Part shown: one piece after another, positions 36,486 to 46,546 of the stretch | Numbering within the stretch: position 1 is the first letter of the stretch | Layout: each line of letters starts with the position of its first letter | Virus record (IMG/VR): IMGVR_UViG_3300022925_000007 | Length of the DNA stretch: 64,000 nt | Source: an uncultured virus (IMG/VR IMGVR_UViG_3300022925_000007) | Taxonomy: Duplodnaviria; Heunggongvirae; Uroviricota; Caudoviricetes | Strand: one strand, 5' to 3' | Notes under the pieces: model-generated | Databases searched by the model: none | What the model was told of the DNA's origin: nothing | The model's input: only the letters and a program-made list of their open reading frames with translations | Made by a program: the position numbers and the translations under genes

Positions 36486-37858
36486 TGGCAGAATTTGCTA
36501 AGAATCCCCAGAATAGCGGGCAACAATATAAGATTACGAACGCTATCATTACTGCGGACCGATTCGGCGACTTGGAAATAGAAGTCACGAAACAGATTGC
36601 AGAACTGAACGTCTTTGAGCATCTAGAGAAACCGTATTTAACAGGTATGCTCATGCTTGTCGATGACGGTAATATCATGGGTGAGATAAAGTTCAAAGGA
36701 ACCGAACGTTTTTCTTTTGAAGTCTCCAGCGTTGACGAAGGATTGAATGTAGGTTTTGAGCATACTTTTATTATGCGATCAATCGAAAGACTTGAACGCA
36801 CCAGCGATAAGACGGAAGTTTATCTCATCTCCTTGGTCGATGAGCATGCGTTTCAGGATGCTACCATAAGATTTAGCAAGTCTTACACCGGTAAACTTGA
36901 AAGTATCGCGACTGGTATTATCATCAGCGAACTGAATAAACAGGTAGATATATCTTACGCAAGGGAAGTTTCGGTGCAACCTCCTACTAGGATCATCGTT
37001 CCATACATGAGTCCGTTGAATGCAAGTAAATGGTTGCTGAACAGGGCAACTACAAGGAACGGAGCACCCTATTTTATATATGCTACCATGTATGACTCGA
37101 ATATACGCATCGGTGACTTAGAAACAATGCTGGCGGAAGATGCGTTCAATGCCAAGCTGCCGTACACTTACTCGGCAGCATCAACGAACGATACGGTAGA
37201 TCTGACCGAAGATAAAAAAGCATTCGTCGTTAAGAATGTAAGACTACAGCAACTTGAAGAAACCATGAAGATGACCTTTGATGGTGCGATTGGTGCGCAG
37301 ATGACTACGCAGGATATTTCCGGTTCGAGTAGAATCGCAGTACATCATACGGTTCGAAACACGCTCGAGCAGTTAGCAGCAAATGGCGTGATACCTGATG
37401 GGTCAGAGCAGCAGGTATTTGATCCAGAGTATCGCGTTGTCGATGACGAAGAAAATCCAGTATTCCTCGATGACCTAGATGCTAGACTATTTCATACGGT
37501 ATCTTCATATGGCACGTATGGTTATAATAGAAGTTATCATGATGCGTTTACAGAAGCAGAATCTTTACAGCGTATTCAGTCCGTGTCTATTAGATCAATG
37601 CTAGAACGAAATCAGGTAGAAATAGAAATACCAGGAACAGGATTGTTCGTAAGAAACGTAACAGTCGGCGACACGGTTGAAGTAAATTTCCTCAACAGCA
37701 GTTCTAGTTCTGACGAAGACGATGAGAACGGAAAATATGATAAAGCGAAGTCGGGCAAGTATTTGATCTATTCAGTGCGGCATACCTTTAAGGAAAGACT
37801 GCACAATGCTTCCGTGAAAATAACGAAACTCAATAGTAAGAAAAACGTGCCAGTATGA
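36485..37858 (+). CDS. Baseplate hub protein (gp27-like)
   Basis: Position between gp53 and gp5; SGKYLIYSVRH C-terminal motif. Confidence 0.6.
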   Translation: MAEFAKNPQNSGQQYKITNAIITADRFGDLEIEVTKQIAELNVFEHLEKPYLTGMLMLVDDGNIMGEIKFKGTERFSFEVSSVDEGLNVGFEHTFIMRSIERLERTSDKTEVYLISLVDEHAFQDATIRFSKSYTGKLESIATGIIISELNKQVDISYAREVSVQPPTRIIVPYMSPLNASKWLLNRATTRNGAPYFIYATMYDSNIRIGDLETMLAEDAFNAKLPYTYSAASTNDTVDLTEDKKAFVVKNVRLQQLEETMKMTFDGAIGAQMTTQDISGSSRIAVHHTVRNTLEQLAANGVIPDGSEQQVFDPEYRVVDDEENPVFLDDLDARLFHTVSSYGTYGYNRSYHDAFTEAESLQRIQSVSIRSMLERNQVEIEIPGTGLFVRNVTVGDTVEVNFLNSSSSSDEDDENGKYDKAKSGKYLIYSVRHTFKERLHNASVKITKLNSKKNVPV

Positions 37859-38772
37859 ATCAGTTTCATTCAGAGTATTATGGCGATCAGACCCGTTGGT
37901 TTATGGCAACGGTCATCGACGGCAGTCCACCGGCAGGGTTTGAGGGACGCGTGAAGATTCGTATTCACGGCATACACAGCGAAGACGTCAATGATATACC
38001 GCAGTCGCATTTACCTTGGGCGCAAGTCATGATGCCAGGAAATATGTTTGGCGTTTCTGGTCTCGGCGGTAATCCTCAACTGTTGCCAGGAGCATTAGTA
38101 TTTGGCGTGTTCCTTGATGGTAAGATGTCTCAGTTGCCTTTTATTCTTGGGTCGGTTCCAAAGATTGAATATCCAACGTCAGTACAAGCACAGGGAAGGG
38201 ATGATCCTTCGACCAATCCAAGTGCCTATGATGTATTACAACAAAACAAGTTTGGTTTTCAGCGAACAGGATACGAAAATATCAACGACCAACCGCTAGA
38301 ACGCAAACGTGAAATCGCGATGAAATTTTTTATCGACAATGGTTATAGCGATATTGTATCTGCTGGCATAGTGGGCAACCTAGAAACAGTGAGCGGTTTA
38401 GATTCTGCCTTCGACGATCAACAACTTGCTGGTCTCGCGGGATGGTCAAAACTATCCGATCGTTGGAAACGATATTTAAACTTTGCAGGCAGGTTCTTTC
38501 AGCAAGCAATTTACCTAGACTTTGAAGTACAACTTAACTACATACTATTAGAGTTGCGTACAACGCAAGGATTGGCGGCATCTAAATTGTTGAAGGCGAG
38601 CGAAATAAAAGGAACATATAATGGTATTCGTATCGGCAACACTGTTAGAGGTCTTGGTTCCTCAGAGTTGTTTCGAAGATATTATTTCTCGAGTATAACG
38701 AGGGATAAGTATACCGATAAAGCAACGTCAGAAAGTAATTCCGAACTAGCATATAATACGATTTGGTCATAA
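37855..38772 (+). CDS. gp5 N-terminal OB-fold fused to degenerate phage tail lysozyme-like domain
   Basis: GRVKIRI.G.H, LPWA, VFG.FLDG..SQ.P.ILG; then AGIVGNL, GLAGW, QL.YI..EL. Confidence 0.75.
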   Translation: MNQFHSEYYGDQTRWFMATVIDGSPPAGFEGRVKIRIHGIHSEDVNDIPQSHLPWAQVMMPGNMFGVSGLGGNPQLLPGALVFGVFLDGKMSQLPFILGSVPKIEYPTSVQAQGRDDPSTNPSAYDVLQQNKFGFQRTGYENINDQPLERKREIAMKFFIDNGYSDIVSAGIVGNLETVSGLDSAFDDQQLAGLAGWSKLSDRWKRYLNFAGRFFQQAIYLDFEVQLNYILLELRTTQGLAASKLLKASEIKGTYNGIRIGNTVRGLGSSELFRRYYFSSITRDKYTDKATSESNSELAYNTIWS

Positions 38773-38773
38773 C

Positions 38774-39658
38774 ATGGCAACTATTAATGTAATCAATCGA
38801 AAACTGAAATCTCTAAACAATGCGCTGCTCGATGCGTATAACAACAAGACAACAGTTCCGATACCTGCTGCTTATCTGCGTCAGGTCTTGACATACGTTG
38901 GATTGAAAGAAGAGTTTAGATTTGCAAACGCATTCTTAACTCTGACGCAAGATGTTAACCCTGACTTTGAAGACCCAATAAATCGTAACGATAAAACGAA
39001 GATAACCAACTTCAGTAAAGCAGCGTATGTGTTTGGGACTTCTCATCTCTTACACGACCGTCCTATATCTGGAGGCATACAAAACAACTCCAACTATGAT
39101 TATGCCGGTAAGAGTGTAAGCAATATAGTCACCAATACTCATGAACTGAATTATTCTGCAAACGTCGGTTGTAATCCAGTGGTGACTCAAACTTCGTCAA
39201 CAGAACCAATCGGTCAACACCTAGGAAAAGTGTTTTGCGGCAGGGAGTTGAATGGCGATTATCCTTATCGCTATTTTTCATCAGGTGCGCCCTATGCACT
39301 TTGGAACTTGGCAAATACATTAGAAGGAAAAGAAGGTCCCTACGGAACTTGGACTGAATCGCTGGATTCTTTCTTGCAGACTGTTGGAATGGATATACAA
39401 AACGGAATATCATTTACCGACCCAGTCGATGTTGCGAATATCGTTGCTGTAATTAATAAGGCAACAGCGGATACGTTTGAAGAAGCAGCAGATGCCGCTG
39501 ACTTGATTACAGCGATTGCTGCTGCAGAAGTTACCGGAGATATAATCGAGGAAGCAACACTTGATCCAGACGTGAATATCACCAATATCACTAATAACTA
39601 CAGTACAGATAGTGCCGCCATTAAATCCTTAATTGGTTTACAGATAATCGGATTATAA
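38774..39658 (+). CDS. Hypothetical structural protein
   Basis: In operon between gp5 modules. Confidence 0.6.
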   Translation: MATINVINRKLKSLNNALLDAYNNKTTVPIPAAYLRQVLTYVGLKEEFRFANAFLTLTQDVNPDFEDPINRNDKTKITNFSKAAYVFGTSHLLHDRPISGGIQNNSNYDYAGKSVSNIVTNTHELNYSANVGCNPVVTQTSSTEPIGQHLGKVFCGRELNGDYPYRYFSSGAPYALWNLANTLEGKEGPYGTWTESLDSFLQTVGMDIQNGISFTDPVDVANIVAVINKATADTFEEAADAADLITAIAAAEVTGDIIEEATLDPDVNITNITNNYSTDSAAIKSLIGLQIIGL

Positions 39659-40986
39659 TGAGTTTACTACAACCGCCAAGCAACCTAACTGATATTGCGA
39701 CTGGTGTCGTAACCGACGCAACACAAGATACAGTGACGGATAAAATATCCGACATATCAGGAATAGCAACCAGTCTCATACCTGATAATTTGCTCGATTT
39801 ACTGAAAGATTTATTGCCTTCTCCAGTTGACCTCTTAACAGGTAATTTCGAAACTGACTTTGATGCTATCGCTGCTGTGCTCAGCGAGTTCACTGAATTT
39901 CCTGCTGATATATTAGCGACTTTGCTCAGCGAATCAGGGTTATTTGCTTCTCTGGACTTTGGTAATATTGGAGATGCTCTTGCTGGATTTCTTTCTGACC
40001 TCGGCGACTATGGTTCGTTTATCACAGGATACGCTGATGATCTTTTCTCTAGTTTTGGCGGACAGGTTGGTTACTTAGAAAATATCATTGCAACCACAGG
40101 CGGTGGTGTTAACGAGGTGATACAGGGTTTAGCAACTTCGCCTATTCCTGAAGAAGCGCAACAACAAATAGCAGCAGAGTTGCAGAAGGGCAACGACGAG
40201 GCAGCTGCGGAAATACTAGCAGAGTATTCAGATCAACCAGCGAGCGTCCTCGCACAGTTACTCGGGCAACTTGATGTGACGATTGCCGGAACCATTGTTC
40301 TAAACAGCACGGTTGGTATTTTCCCAGAGAAATACGAAATAGGCAATAACCTCTTCGACTGGGAAAATGGCGATCCTCAGTTTACCTTTATTTCTTCGTT
40401 GGAAGAGTTACATGCTGAGATAAGAAATATCACTCGAGAAGTGACCGAGGTGGTTGTTCACTCTACCGAAACGTACACCAATGCTAATTTAATCGCCGAG
40501 CAGATTGATGAGACGCATAGATTGTTGGGTCATGAAGGTATAGGGTACCACTATATAATTCGTAGAGACGGTTCTTTACAGAGAGGCAGACCTGCGGACT
40601 TGGATGGTGAGCATGCTCCAATTAACTCGCATAACTCGCGCAGCATAGGACTTGCTTTTGTTGGTGGTGTAAATGTTTCCACTGGCGATTCTTTGGTTGA
40701 AGAGTTTTCTTCTGCATCTTCATTGACACGGGAACAGTTCAATACTTTCTATCAGTTCTTGAAGGTGGTCTTTTTACATTACCCAGGAATGCAGATATTG
40801 GGTCATAATGATATTGATGATAATGAAACCGATCCTGGGTTTGATGTCATAGAGTATGTTTATAGTAAGTTTAACAAATTGAATTTATTTACTGACACGT
40901 TCACTCAAGAACCTTTTACCACTGCAGAAATTAACAACTTCGTGACGAGCACAGGCGTAACAAGAAATGATTGGGTGCCATATTAA
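39658..40986 (+). CDS. Acidic N-terminal region plus C-terminal N-acetylmuramoyl-L-alanine amidase (T7 lysozyme/Amidase_2)
   Basis: VVVHS, IGYHYIIRRDG..Q.GRP, SIGLAFVGG, LGHND, DPGFDV. Confidence 0.82.
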   Translation: MSLLQPPSNLTDIATGVVTDATQDTVTDKISDISGIATSLIPDNLLDLLKDLLPSPVDLLTGNFETDFDAIAAVLSEFTEFPADILATLLSESGLFASLDFGNIGDALAGFLSDLGDYGSFITGYADDLFSSFGGQVGYLENIIATTGGGVNEVIQGLATSPIPEEAQQQIAAELQKGNDEAAAEILAEYSDQPASVLAQLLGQLDVTIAGTIVLNSTVGIFPEKYEIGNNLFDWENGDPQFTFISSLEELHAEIRNITREVTEVVVHSTETYTNANLIAEQIDETHRLLGHEGIGYHYIIRRDGSLQRGRPADLDGEHAPINSHNSRSIGLAFVGGVNVSTGDSLVEEFSSASSLTREQFNTFYQFLKVVFLHYPGMQILGHNDIDDNETDPGFDVIEYVYSKFNKLNLFTDTFTQEPFTTAEINNFVTSTGVTRNDWVPY

Positions 40987-43169
40987 TGACTACTGATAAA
41001 GACAGTTTACAGAAACGACTACAGAATGATGCCCTTGGTGAACCGCGCGAGTTTACCCTCGGTGTACCAATCGATGGCATGGTCGATCCCACTGGCGAGT
41101 ATCCGCGCAGGGATTATTTCTTCAATTCTTCTATTAACAAAGCAGCGACTGGCGCCAAGATAAACGACCTTCACTATGGGGGGTCGACATATGGTATCAG
41201 TTATGAGATACAACCACAGAAAGCATCTCTGTACCCATTTAATCAGGTAAACGAAACGCCGAGCGGCCACGTCATTGAGATTGACGATACTCCTGGTGGC
41301 GAGCGTATATTAATCAAACACGAAACTGGTGCTGGCGTTGAAATGAAACCAGACGGTTCGTTGATTATTAATTCTCGGAAGAACACGATACAAGTATCTG
41401 CCGGCGATCAGAAAGTTACCATTGGTGGTAACGGTGAGATAACATACGAAGGCAGTCTTACACTCAACGTAACAGGCGACTACAACGTAAATGTTGGCGG
41501 CAACTATAACGTAAATGCTAAGTCTAGTTACAGCGAGTTTGTGGGCGATATGAAGCGTGTTGAAGTAACACGCACATCCAGTGAAGTGGTGCGCGGCAAC
41601 AAGCAAAGTACGGTTGGCGGTAATGAATTCAAACTCAACCTGCAAACCTATCGTCATGCAGGTAAGACCAGTATCGAGAACTACACCAACGGCGAATACT
41701 TAATTCATTCTAGCGATGATGTTAAGATGACATCAAAGAGAAACGTTGCGATATCAGGTAAGAAGTCGAGTATCGTAGGTGAAGAAATTTATGCAGTTGG
41801 GACTGCTGGTAAGATAGGCGGCAACTCAGTTGATCACTTCGGCAAGTTGTACACCGGACCTGATAACGGTTCCGGCGACAAAACAACCTTTTACGGAAGT
41901 CTAGTTGGTAAGGCGACCGAAGCATGGACTGCTGAATTCGCCCAAAAGTCGAAGTTCGCGCGACGATCATTTACGTCAGATCATGCGTTTCAGGCAAACA
42001 AAGCTGAGGAATGCGTGGTAGCAAAAAGTACAAATTCCGGCATAAACCCCACCATCGTAACTACAACTGATTACGAGGTGCCTGATACTTATGATCCGTT
42101 GATGACGATGCCTTGGTACATTGACAGCGCCATTGACCGAGCGGCAAAACAAACCAACACCGGATTGTACCTAGAGACAAGTCAGTACGGTATTAAAGAT
42201 ATAAATGTCGATCATGACAGCACCTCGCAACTGAACGTCTCGATTTATGATAATTATTTCCACTATTTCAGAAGCGAACCTTCTATTCATGAAATACGTT
42301 CAGCGTTCAGAGCATTTAATCTTAGGTCGCCAACCGTAAACCAAGCATCTTGTATTCAGACACTGCTGAAAGAAGGGCGACTATCAAAGTTCTATAATAA
42401 CCCAACGCCGCCAGCGATTGGTCGTGTAGAAAACGCCGAGGTCGGTGAATACCTTGGCGAAACGCTTCTCGGCAATCCATTAGAGAACCGCAGCAAGAAG
42501 TTTTCTGCTGGAAGAAAAACCATACCAGAAAGATTAAGCGATCCGCGTTATTCTAAAAATGTACAACGCGACTGGCACAAAGAATTTACCGCTGCTACAA
42601 AACTATCCGATACGCAGACACTTGGTGAATACCTTGGTAGCATAGGCGACCCAAGATCTACTAGCAATTTATCTAACAATAAGGTAGATCAACTTTCCTT
42701 GGTCGATAATCTGCGCAAACACTCAGAGATAGTGGATTTGGTGAATAACGCTCCTGCGTTTAAAAACCAACGTTTTGTTGTAACAGAAGGTTATGCTGAT
42801 CTGTTGCCCGAAGTAGAATTTGACGATGGTGTGTTGAATGCTATACCTTCTGGAAAGAAAGACGGCAGCGTTGCTGTATATAAACTCTTGAATGCTGCAG
42901 GTAAAATGGATCTGGCGAAGACCTTTGACCTTGCCGTCTACCTGAAAGATCACGCGATATTCGAATGGATAGCATTGGACTATGATACATTTGACCCGAA
43001 CGGTTTATTATCTTGCCAAATTATAATCGGCACGAATCCTTTAGAAGAAAGTTTGCTCGGTTCACTCGCTGGAGTTATTGGATTGAGTGACACGTATGAT
43101 ATCTTCACATACTTTAATCAAACTCTTCTTGCAAAGGAATTCGTTGAGGTTCTCCCGCAATCAGTATAA
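40986..43169 (+). CDS. 5: gp5 C-terminal (beta-helix spike) protein with C-terminal extension
   Basis: DP.G.YP, YP.NQV.ET.SGH..E.DDTPG.ERI; VxGxxxxx beta-helix repeats. Confidence 0.8.
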   Translation: MTTDKDSLQKRLQNDALGEPREFTLGVPIDGMVDPTGEYPRRDYFFNSSINKAATGAKINDLHYGGSTYGISYEIQPQKASLYPFNQVNETPSGHVIEIDDTPGGERILIKHETGAGVEMKPDGSLIINSRKNTIQVSAGDQKVTIGGNGEITYEGSLTLNVTGDYNVNVGGNYNVNAKSSYSEFVGDMKRVEVTRTSSEVVRGNKQSTVGGNEFKLNLQTYRHAGKTSIENYTNGEYLIHSSDDVKMTSKRNVAISGKKSSIVGEEIYAVGTAGKIGGNSVDHFGKLYTGPDNGSGDKTTFYGSLVGKATEAWTAEFAQKSKFARRSFTSDHAFQANKAEECVVAKSTNSGINPTIVTTTDYEVPDTYDPLMTMPWYIDSAIDRAAKQTNTGLYLETSQYGIKDINVDHDSTSQLNVSIYDNYFHYFRSEPSIHEIRSAFRAFNLRSPTVNQASCIQTLLKEGRLSKFYNNPTPPAIGRVENAEVGEYLGETLLGNPLENRSKKFSAGRKTIPERLSDPRYSKNVQRDWHKEFTAATKLSDTQTLGEYLGSIGDPRSTSNLSNNKVDQLSLVDNLRKHSEIVDLVNNAPAFKNQRFVVTEGYADLLPEVEFDDGVLNAIPSGKKDGSVAVYKLLNAAGKMDLAKTFDLAVYLKDHAIFEWIALDYDTFDPNGLLSCQIIIGTNPLEESLLGSLAGVIGLSDTYDIFTYFNQTLLAKEFVEVLPQSV

Positions 43170-43172
43170 ATA
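43165..43172 (+). promoter_or_regulatory. T4 late promoter TATAAATA
   Basis: Exact consensus upstream of gp25. Confidence 0.8.
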
Positions 43173-43192
43173 AAAGAAAAAAGTGATTTCTT

Positions 43193-43660
43193 ATGGCCAC
43201 TAGAAGAATCGTTGCATACGAAGACGGTGCAAATAACCGTACAAGTTTAGTATCAAGCAAGCAGACTTCGTATACTGATATAGACCTCACCTTTGAAGCG
43301 AAACCAGGTCCTGGTGGCGGTAAGAAAGGCGACATATATAAAAAGTTTAATATCGGTGCGGTTCTTCAGGCATGTAAGAATGTACTGCTGACCGATAAAG
43401 GCGAGAAACCGTTTAATCCTGATTTTGGTATAGGCGCAACGTCGCAGTTATTTGAACTAAACGATGCGATAACTCGTCGTAAGATTGAGCGACAAATTAG
43501 TATTAATATACCGTTTTACGAACCAAGAGTAGAAGTCAGAAAAATAATTTTCAAGGCATCAGAAAGTAGTCCTCATACACTTGCCTTGACAGTAGAGTTA
43601 TCAATACTTTCTACGAATGAAACAGTAACCCTCACCACTTTCATTAACAGGTTGAGATAA
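43193..43660 (+). CDS. 25: Baseplate wedge subunit gp25
   Basis: Y.DIDL.F, N.LLT..GEKPF.P.FG, YEPRV. Confidence 0.9.
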   Translation: MATRRIVAYEDGANNRTSLVSSKQTSYTDIDLTFEAKPGPGGGKKGDIYKKFNIGAVLQACKNVLLTDKGEKPFNPDFGIGATSQLFELNDAITRRKIERQISINIPFYEPRVEVRKIIFKASESSPHTLALTVELSILSTNETVTLTTFINRLR

Positions 43661-45492
43661 TGTCCGATACAACAATCAAATCTACAAGTTTAGATTTTAA
43701 TGCGATTAAAAATAATCTAAAGACCTTCTTGCAATCGAAGGAGGAGTTCACGGATTATAACTTCGAGGCATCTGGATTGTCTAACATCCTTGACGTCTTG
43801 GCGTATAACACGCATTATAACGCGCTCTTAGCAAACTTTACCTTAAACGAATCTTTCTTGACAACAGCACAATTACGCGGAAGCGTGGTATCGCTTGCTT
43901 CTAGCATAGGGTATATCGCTCACTCGAAACGAGCATCAGTTGCTATTGTCAATCTTCGTTTAGACTTATCCGGTGTTGTTAACCGACCTTCTATTATTCA
44001 ACTTTCTTCTGGCACCAAATTTAATGGAAGCGTTGATAATGTGAATTATGTTTTTCAAACACGAGAAACATTAACGGCGAATGATGACAGCGGTATCTAC
44101 ATCTTTAAAGACGTTTTGGGTTCTTCTGACATTAAACTATACGAAGGGTTGATCGCAACGAAAACATTTCTTGTCGGATCGTATGAAGAGAATCCGATAT
44201 ATGTTATTCCTGATTTACAGATGGATACTTCAACTGCTATCGTCAGCGTAAAGAGTTCACCGTCCGCAACTGAAACGGTCACATATACTAACATTACAGA
44301 AGCAACGTCAATCGACGAAACCTCAAAGTTGTACGTCTTGCGCGAATCGCCAAATGGTTTCTATGAGCTTTCTTTCAGTAACGGCACAACGTTGGGCGTT
44401 ACGCCCTCTTCTGGTAATCAGATCACAGTTTCATACTTGCGTGCTACAGGACCAGAAGCAAACGGATCAAATATCTTCGTGCCGCAAAATGATGTAAATG
44501 TTAATGGTGTAGACTATACCTTATCAGTTACTACATCTTCAGCGGCATCTGGTGGTACTGAAAAAGAAAACATTGAATCAATACGAAAGAACGCACCGTA
44601 TCAGTATGCTGCACAAAACCGATTGGTGACTGCTGCAGATTACAGTGCGATTGCTCTACGGGAATATGGTTCCTTTATTGAAGATATACAAGCTTGGGGC
44701 GGACAGGATAATTTGCAACCAGAGTTTGGCACCGTCTATATGTCCATTAAATTTAAGGATGGCGTGCAAGCAAGTATTCAACAAACCATCAAAGACGGAA
44801 TAGTTGCCTTAGCGAACGACCTTGCCGTTGTTTCATTTACACTACGTTTCGCCGATCCGATTACCACATATCTCGAAACCAATCTATTCTTCCAGTTTAA
44901 TCAAAACTTGACAACATTTACCATCGGCAGAACCGAAAATGATGTTGAGACAGTTGTCAGAAATTATTTTACAACCAACACTGGTGGATTCTTTGAGTCT
45001 TTCCGTAGATCAAATATGCTAGCATTGGTAGATGATGTCAGCACCGCTGTTCTTTCTTCTCGTTGTGATGTGAAATTACAGCAGCGCATTACTCCTGATT
45101 TATCAACTAGCAAGTCATACACTTTGAAGTATCCAGTTCCTATTGAAGCACCAAACTCTGAAACGCATACCATCACCAGTTCTTTGTTTAGATACTCTGG
45201 CGTCACTTCTGCCTGCAGCATTAAGAATAAACTCGGAACCAATATTCTACAGGTCGTAGCAAATAATTCTTCTAACGATGTGATAGTTGATGACGTTGGT
45301 TCTTATGTAGCAGGCACAGGTACTTTAAACCTTGTAGGATTTGCGCCAACTGCTATCACTGCTGGCGTAAACTATCTTAAGATAAAAGCAGTTCCTGGTA
45401 ATCAGAGTGCTGTTTCGCCGACTCTAAATAATATCATTGAATTCGACGAAGGCGAATCAATTAGCAGAGGCGTTCCTGTAACAAGTCTATAA
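43660..45492 (+). CDS. 6: Baseplate wedge subunit gp6
   Basis: LDF..IK..LK.FL, DYNFE.SGL..LDVLAYNTHY, QNRLVTA.DY. Confidence 0.93.
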   Translation: MSDTTIKSTSLDFNAIKNNLKTFLQSKEEFTDYNFEASGLSNILDVLAYNTHYNALLANFTLNESFLTTAQLRGSVVSLASSIGYIAHSKRASVAIVNLRLDLSGVVNRPSIIQLSSGTKFNGSVDNVNYVFQTRETLTANDDSGIYIFKDVLGSSDIKLYEGLIATKTFLVGSYEENPIYVIPDLQMDTSTAIVSVKSSPSATETVTYTNITEATSIDETSKLYVLRESPNGFYELSFSNGTTLGVTPSSGNQITVSYLRATGPEANGSNIFVPQNDVNVNGVDYTLSVTTSSAASGGTEKENIESIRKNAPYQYAAQNRLVTAADYSAIALREYGSFIEDIQAWGGQDNLQPEFGTVYMSIKFKDGVQASIQQTIKDGIVALANDLAVVSFTLRFADPITTYLETNLFFQFNQNLTTFTIGRTENDVETVVRNYFTTNTGGFFESFRRSNMLALVDDVSTAVLSSRCDVKLQQRITPDLSTSKSYTLKYPVPIEAPNSETHTITSSLFRYSGVTSACSIKNKLGTNILQVVANNSSNDVIVDDVGSYVAGTGTLNLVGFAPTAITAGVNYLKIKAVPGNQSAVSPTLNNIIEFDEGESISRGVPVTSL

Positions 45493-46544
45493 TGGATATT
45501 ACTACTAAAGACATAAACAGGCGCAATCTAGAATTTAATCGAAATTTTGTTCGAGATGTTCTGCCGAGTTACTTCGTTGAAGAATATCCTAACATCATTA
45601 AATTTCTTGAGTATGCGCTTGAGCATCTAAAGGAGTCCGGCACGGGTGACGTGACGATTGACGACTTTAGAACTATACGTGATATAACGCAGACCAACGA
45701 GGCGCTTTTAAAATATATCGAGAACGAACTCCTTCTTGGAGAAAACTATTTTAAAGGATTTTCGGATAGAAGGGCAGCGGCAAAGTACAGCAGCATTCTG
45801 TATCAGTCAAAGGGTTCTAAGTATTCCATACAGCAGTTCTTTCGAACTTTCTATGGCGTAGACCCTGAGATTGTTTACACCAAAAGCAAAGTCTTTCACG
45901 TATACGGCGAAAGTCAAACTGATTCGTTTATTGGCGCTGGGTCAGATAAGTTTTTAATTAACGATAAACTTTATCAGACTTATGCTCTGCTGATTAAAGT
46001 ATCCTTGCCTGCAAGTGTTTGGGGTGAGGCATATAAACTTTTTGTCCACCCTGCTGGGTTTTATTTCGGTAACGAAGTACAGATCGTTTCGATAGGACAA
46101 CTAGATATACTGACACCAGAGGTCATTGCAGAAGATCCTGAGGTTGGTATTCTTACTCAAGAAAGCGTTCTGGCGCAGAGTTTCGTGACTGACGCGACAG
46201 GTATTATAACGTCAGAAGACTCTGATGGTATCGCGCGAGTATACCTTGAAGATACACTTGGTCGGTTTGCTGCTGACTCTGATCTCACCTTGGGTGATGT
46301 TGAGAATCAGTATGAATCGTTGCAAGAAATTGCTATTGCTACGTCTCCAACCTTTGATGATGATAGTGCTGCGTCTAGACCAGCAATTAGAATGTCTAAT
46401 ACGCTGGAGACCATGGACCAAGGCAAGTATGATATATTGGAGTCGTACGATGGCGGCAGTTCGTCAACAGTAACATTTGAAACAATAATAGATGGCGGTG
46501 TTTCGTCAACAACGAGTTTCGTTGAAACAATTTCAGGAGGATAA
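45492..46544 (+). CDS. Baseplate wedge protein (gp7-like)
   Basis: LP.YF.E.YP....FL, Y.SKG, VHPAG; follows gp6. Confidence 0.7.
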   Translation: MDITTKDINRRNLEFNRNFVRDVLPSYFVEEYPNIIKFLEYALEHLKESGTGDVTIDDFRTIRDITQTNEALLKYIENELLLGENYFKGFSDRRAAAKYSSILYQSKGSKYSIQQFFRTFYGVDPEIVYTKSKVFHVYGESQTDSFIGAGSDKFLINDKLYQTYALLIKVSLPASVWGEAYKLFVHPAGFYFGNEVQIVSIGQLDILTPEVIAEDPEVGILTQESVLAQSFVTDATGIITSEDSDGIARVYLEDTLGRFAADSDLTLGDVENQYESLQEIAIATSPTFDDDSAASRPAIRMSNTLETMDQGKYDILESYDGGSSSTVTFETIIDGGVSSTTSFVETISGG

Positions 46545-46546
46545 AA

